Below are positions 59,960-64,000 of a stretch of 64,000 nucleotides of DNA, piece by piece. The notes under the pieces are model-generated. The model had not been told where the DNA came from. It searched no databases and worked only from the letters and a program-made list of their open reading frames with translations. Each line of letters opens with the position of its first letter. The stretch's first letter is position 1. The position numbers and the translations under genes were made by a program. The DNA is from Pseudomonadota bacterium (lineage in GTDB: Bacteria; Verrucomicrobiota; Verrucomicrobiia; Limisphaerales; SXTU01), in assembly GCA_009922615.1 (NCBI GenBank), contig RFVF01000016.1, positions 10,612 to 74,611 on the forward strand. The letters are read 5' to 3'.

Positions 59960-60898
59960 ATGGGTCTCAAGTCTCTCATCGCGCCGGTCATCCACTGGGC
60001 CGCCCATGCGAGCGGGGAATCCGCCCGGCGCGCGCTGCGGCAGCACGCCGGGCGCATCATCACCTTCCATGCTGTTGGTGTGGCCGACTGCCCGGCGAAG
60101 GTCTTCGAGGCGCAAATCCGTTTCCTCCAACAGCATTTCAAAATCGTCCCCCTCGCCACGCTCGTTGAAAACCTCCGCACCGCCAACCCCGCCATCGACG
60201 GCCAGGTGGCGCTGACGTTCGACGACGGCCTGCGCAACAACGGGCTGGTGGCCTATCCCATTCTCCAGCGCCTCGGCGCGCCGGCCACGTTCTTCATCTG
60301 CCCCGGCGTGGTGGACAGCGGTCAGTGGTTGTGGAATCAGGATTGCCGCCGCCGCTTGCTGTCCCTGCCCGCCGCCACCGCCGCCGCGCTGGCGGACAGC
60401 CTCGGCCATCCCGGAGCGTGTCCGGTCGAGTTGGTGGATTGGATGAAGACACTACCCACGCCTTCGCGCCAGCATGTCGAGCAGATCATCCGCAATGCGA
60501 CGCCCAACTTCCAGCCGCGTGACAGCGAACGCCTGCAAAACGACCTCATGACCTGGGAGGAGTTGAAGGCGCTCGATCCCGCCCTCATCACGCTCGGCGC
60601 GCACAGCACCAACCACCCGATCCTTGCCAACTGCACGCCCGGCGAACTGATTGGCGAAATTCAGCAGTGCCGCTCGTTGATCGAGCGGCGCATCGGCCGG
60701 CCCGTCGAGTTCTTCTGCTATCCGAATGGCGACTTTAACCCCGCTGTCGTGAAATTCGCCGCCCGCACCTACGCCGCTGCCGTCACCACGCGGCCCGGCT
60801 TCGTGCGGCCCGGCCTGGACCTGCACCAGTTGCCCCGGCTCAACACCGCCAACACCCTCCCCCATTTCACCTGGCGGCTCTTCCGCCCCAGCGCCTGA
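59960..60898 (+). CDS. polysaccharide deacetylase (CE4 / NodB homology)
   Basis: VALTFDDGLRNN (the DD motif), GAHSTNHP (His motif), FCYPNGDFN. Confidence 0.8.
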   Translation: MGLKSLIAPVIHWAAHASGESARRALRQHAGRIITFHAVGVADCPAKVFEAQIRFLQQHFKIVPLATLVENLRTANPAIDGQVALTFDDGLRNNGLVAYPILQRLGAPATFFICPGVVDSGQWLWNQDCRRRLLSLPAATAAALADSLGHPGACPVELVDWMKTLPTPSRQHVEQIIRNATPNFQPRDSERLQNDLMTWEELKALDPALITLGAHSTNHPILANCTPGELIGEIQQCRSLIERRIGRPVEFFCYPNGDFNPAVVKFAARTYAAAVTTRPGFVRPGLDLHQLPRLNTANTLPHFTWRLFRPSA

Positions 60899-60902
60899 CC
60901 CG

Positions 60903-62021
60903 ATGGCTGACCAACTCCTGACCGCGAACCTCTGGCTGCCGGCCTATCTACGGCAGCGATCCGTCCCGTGGCCAGAGGGCGTCCGCGACATCCTGCTGTG
61001 CGTCTGCGATCACTTCGAGCCGCTGCACCATGCGGACAAAACCGAGGCCCTCCGCCGCATGGCTTTGTGGAACGATGCGTTTCCCAAGAACATCGCCCCG
61101 TTCCGCGACGCCGACGGCATTCGCCCGCGCCACACTTGTTTCTACCCCATCGAGCAATACGACCGGGACATCCTCAACGAAATCCGCACTCTGGTGAAAG
61201 CCTCCGGCGCGGAAGTCGAACTCCACCTGCACCACGACCGCGACACCCCGGAAAACCTTCGCGCCCGATTGCTCGAGGGCAAAGCCCGCTTTGAAAGCCA
61301 CGACTTCCTGAGCCTGGACGCGCAGGGCCGCTCTCGCTACGGCTTCGTCCACGGCGACTGGGCGCTCGACAACGCCCATCCCGATGGCCTCCAGTGCGGC
61401 GTTAACAATGAGCTCTCCATCCTCAACGAGACCGGTTGTTACGCCGATTTCACCCTGCCGTCCGCTCCCGACCCCACCCAGACGCGCACCGTCAACCGCC
61501 TTTACTACGCCCTCGACCATCAACACCCCAAATCTCACGACCGTGGCGTGCAAGTGCGCGTGATGAATCCGGTGGGCTCCGCCCCGTTCCGGGGCGACCC
61601 CGTCCGCCCGCGCTACGGGGACCTGCTCATTGTGCAAGGCCCGCTGGCGTTGAACTGGGAGCGCCGCAAATTCGGCCTGCTGCCGCGCCTGGAAAACGCC
61701 GACCTTACCATGGTGAACCCCCCGCGCCCGGACCGGATGCGCCTGTGGCTCAAGCAACACATCCACGTCCTGGGCCGGCCCGAGTGGTTCTTCATCAAGC
61801 TGCACACCCACGGCGCCCCGCCGCCCAACTCCGGTGTCTTCCTCGGCGAGCCCTACCGCGCGTTTCACCAGCACCTCGCCGAAACTTACACCGAGAAAAA
61901 CGGCTGGCGGCTCCACTACGTCACCGCGCGCGAGTTGGTCAACATCCTCCACGCTGCCGAAGATGGCCACCGCGGCAACCCCGCCCTGTTCCGCGACTAC
62001 CGCTACAAACTGCCCGGTTGA
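60903..62021 (+). CDS. hypothetical protein, possibly a metal-dependent deacetylase/hydrolase-fold enzyme
   Basis: Intact 372-aa ORF. Strand-end acidic/His motifs LCVCDHFEP, ELHLHHDRD, VHGDWALDN and IKLHTHG suggest a metal site. The fold assignment is inference only. Confidence 0.4.
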   Translation: MADQLLTANLWLPAYLRQRSVPWPEGVRDILLCVCDHFEPLHHADKTEALRRMALWNDAFPKNIAPFRDADGIRPRHTCFYPIEQYDRDILNEIRTLVKASGAEVELHLHHDRDTPENLRARLLEGKARFESHDFLSLDAQGRSRYGFVHGDWALDNAHPDGLQCGVNNELSILNETGCYADFTLPSAPDPTQTRTVNRLYYALDHQHPKSHDRGVQVRVMNPVGSAPFRGDPVRPRYGDLLIVQGPLALNWERRKFGLLPRLENADLTMVNPPRPDRMRLWLKQHIHVLGRPEWFFIKLHTHGAPPPNSGVFLGEPYRAFHQHLAETYTEKNGWRLHYVTARELVNILHAAEDGHRGNPALFRDYRYKLPG

Positions 62022-62083
62022 CCGTGCACGGTGAAGATTGACTTGCGGTGATTTTGGGTGAATAAACCCGGGAACAGCAACGC

Positions 62084-62938
62084 ATGAAAGCGCCACTTTC
62101 CCCACAAACTTGTCGCCAGGCTGGCTTCACCCTCATCGAACTGCTCGTCGTCATCGCAATCATCGCCATCTTGGCGGGAATGCTATTGCCGGCGTTGGCT
62201 AATGCAAAAAGTCAGGCAGCTGGGGCTAAGTGTGCCAATAATGCCAAGCAGTTTGCGTTGGCTTGGCATCTCTACCACGGAGATTTCGATGGAAGAGTAG
62301 TGTGTAACGCCGACGGTGGAGCGGCGGGTTCCGCTGGCAACCCTGGCTGGGTGCGAGGCTGGCTAACTACCGGGAGCACGACCGACAATACTAACACGGA
62401 TTACCTAATTGGTTCGGCTGAAAGAGACAATGGTTCCATTGGTGCGGGCTACGTGCGCAGCGCACAGGTTTACAAGTGCCCGATGGACAAAAGCCTCGAT
62501 ACGGGGGGATACGGAGCCCGGGTGCGCACAATTTCCATGAATGGCTGGATGAATAATCGCAACCGTGCGACCGGCAGTGTCACTGGAAGCAATTTTGGCC
62601 AGAAAAAATTCATCCGCGAAACCGACATCCCTGTGCCATCCAACATCTTCGTCACCCTAGATGAGCGTATCGGCAGTATCAACGACGGTTGGTTTGCTGT
62701 TTCCGTGGACGCTTGGACGGCTCCCGGCACGATCAATTTGGCCAGCGCCAACATCACCGATTGGCCGGCTAATTACCACAACAAGGCCACTAGTTTCTCA
62801 TTCGCTGATGGTCACACCGAGATACACAAATGGAAAGACCCCCTGACTATTCCAAAACTGGAGCCGCCTGCTGGCACCGTTTCCCTGCCAGGTGACGCTG
62901 ATGTCGACTGGCTGATGCAGCATGCGACAACTTTTTAG
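62084..62938 (+). CDS. prepilin-type N-terminal cleavage/methylation domain protein with a C-terminal H-X9-DG motif
   Basis: [25 protein letters not shown], and [12 protein letters not shown] (H, nine residues, DG). More A/T-ending codons than the EPS genes. Confidence 0.85.
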   Translation: MKAPLSPQTCRQAGFTLIELLVVIAIIAILAGMLLPALANAKSQAAGAKCANNAKQFALAWHLYHGDFDGRVVCNADGGAAGSAGNPGWVRGWLTTGSTTDNTNTDYLIGSAERDNGSIGAGYVRSAQVYKCPMDKSLDTGGYGARVRTISMNGWMNNRNRATGSVTGSNFGQKKFIRETDIPVPSNIFVTLDERIGSINDGWFAVSVDAWTAPGTINLASANITDWPANYHNKATSFSFADGHTEIHKWKDPLTIPKLEPPAGTVSLPGDADVDWLMQHATTF

Positions 62939-62960
62939 TCAGCGCGCTCAAGCTAGAACT

Positions 62961-63287
62961 ATGAGAGGACTTGCTCTACTGTCACCGCTGCTGGCGATTA
63001 TGCTGGCTTCGTTCTGCGCTTGCCGAAAAAAGGCACCGGCTCAAGATCTGGCTGTTCCACCCGCTGAAGAAGTGGCGGCCAAACTTGGTATCCAGCCTGC
63101 CATGCTGCCCAATCGTGATGCTCTATACGACGCGATCACTAAGTTTATGATGGCCAACAAAGGCCGGGCGGCGAAAGATGTTCATGAGCTGGTAGAAAAG
63201 GGTTTTCTCAAACCTTTGCCGACACTGCCTCCGGGGAAACGCTATGAGTTGGACCAGCGCGGTGCGACGTTGAGGATCGTGGACTGA
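62961..63287 (+). CDS. small lipoprotein-like hypothetical protein
   Basis: MRGLALLSPLLAIMLASFCAC (signal with a Cys) followed by about 85 hydrophilic residues. It sits immediately after the prepilin-like gene. Confidence 0.5.
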   Translation: MRGLALLSPLLAIMLASFCACRKKAPAQDLAVPPAEEVAAKLGIQPAMLPNRDALYDAITKFMMANKGRAAKDVHELVEKGFLKPLPTLPPGKRYELDQRGATLRIVD

Positions 63288-63644
63288 CTTCGCCTTCTAA
63301 AACACCGTCGGTCATCGCCGCCAAGGGGGGAGCACACATGCGGGGAAAGCAAGTCAAACAGGGAACCGGGCCATCTGGCCCGGTGTCGCCCGTTTCCGCT
63401 GCCCGCTATCCCTTGTCCTCGTCAAGAATGACGACTCACCCGCTCCCTCTGGTTCAGATACCTCTCCCGGAACTCAAGCGGCGACGGCTCCGAGTGCGGC
63501 TTGGCCACGGTGAATGTGGTGTGAGCTGATGCGCCCGCAGGCGTGGCGAAATTACTTGTCGGCGCTTTTTGGCAACGCGTAGTATCCGCCCCCGTCGCGC
63601 GATGTCCCGGTGGCCGGGACCGGTGCGCGGGAGGTTGACGGTGT

Positions 63645-63720
<76 letters not shown>

Positions 63721-64000
63721 CTTCTCAAAAACACCAATTAAATCAAGGTTTTCTAGCGTTTTTGATGGTTTCAAGAGGCTCCAGTGCTAACGCCTAGTGC
63801 TAACACTGCCACCGATTTCAAGGATGTTTGGGCAGAGCAGGGATGAAGAATTATTTGGGGGATTTTTGGGGAAAACTCTCGCTGGCGGGACCGTGCGCGC
63901 ATGGAGCAGCGCATCGGGGAACCGTGGAGAGGGACCCTAAAATTTCTCCGCAGGGTGTTCACTTGTCACGCTCCGCGAACTGGCGGCTAGTTGCTTCCAA

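Noticed and set aside
63290-63644. Possible small RNA or riboswitch in the 350-bp gap before tRNA-Phe (hairpins ccgggccatctggcccgg and gtcccggtggccgggac)
   Set aside because: Only short isolated hairpins were found, with no match to any RNA family I can recognise by eye. A covariance-model scan would be needed before reporting it as a feature.

Overview
High-GC bacterial chromosomal segment with about 60 protein genes and one tRNA. All family names below come from reading the translations and from memory; no database search was possible. The gene content suggests the PVC group, most likely Verrucomicrobiota. Supporting genes are two prepilin-type N-terminal proteins with C-terminal H-X9-DG motifs, a DUF1501 protein, a Cys-type sulfatase, a PmoA-family/DUF6807 protein and many secreted esterases. 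Most long ORFs antisense to real genes are high-GC shadow ORFs and were discarded. Main blocks in order: (1) ABC-F ATPase (partial) and an MBL hydrolase. (2) An inorganic-carbon module: gamma-CA, LysR regulator, beta-CA lipoprotein, SbtA, SbtB. (3) A NusG paralog plus a DegT aminotransferase, converging on a ModF-like twin-NBD ATPase. (4) hisC. (5) An Opp/Dpp-type peptide ABC system whose two ATPase genes are separated by an inserted HNH endonuclease gene with atypical codon usage. (6) A CHASE2 class III nucleotidyl cyclase whose N-terminal TM segment is cut off by an in-frame TAG, followed by a frameshifted gene and a clean terminator. (7) uppP, DUF1501, eno. (8) Small islets of A/T-ending codon usage with unassignable genes. 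(9) A roughly 10 kb minus-strand run of secreted hydrolases, including tandem neutral-ceramidase-like paralogs. (10) erpA and a 954-aa U32 peptidase. (11) fba, sulfatase, lepB. (12) An exopolysaccharide locus: Wzy-like protein, processive-type GT2, two tandem FemAB-like proteins, a CE4 deacetylase and an unknown deacetylase-like protein. (13) tRNA-Phe. The most unusual signal is a set of short palindromic repeat elements, many with 7-nt-periodic arms. They occur between genes and inside operons. At least five copies lie in frame inside coding sequences, four in the U32 gene and one in the ModF-like linker. No CRISPR array, rRNA, transposase or integrase could be supported.
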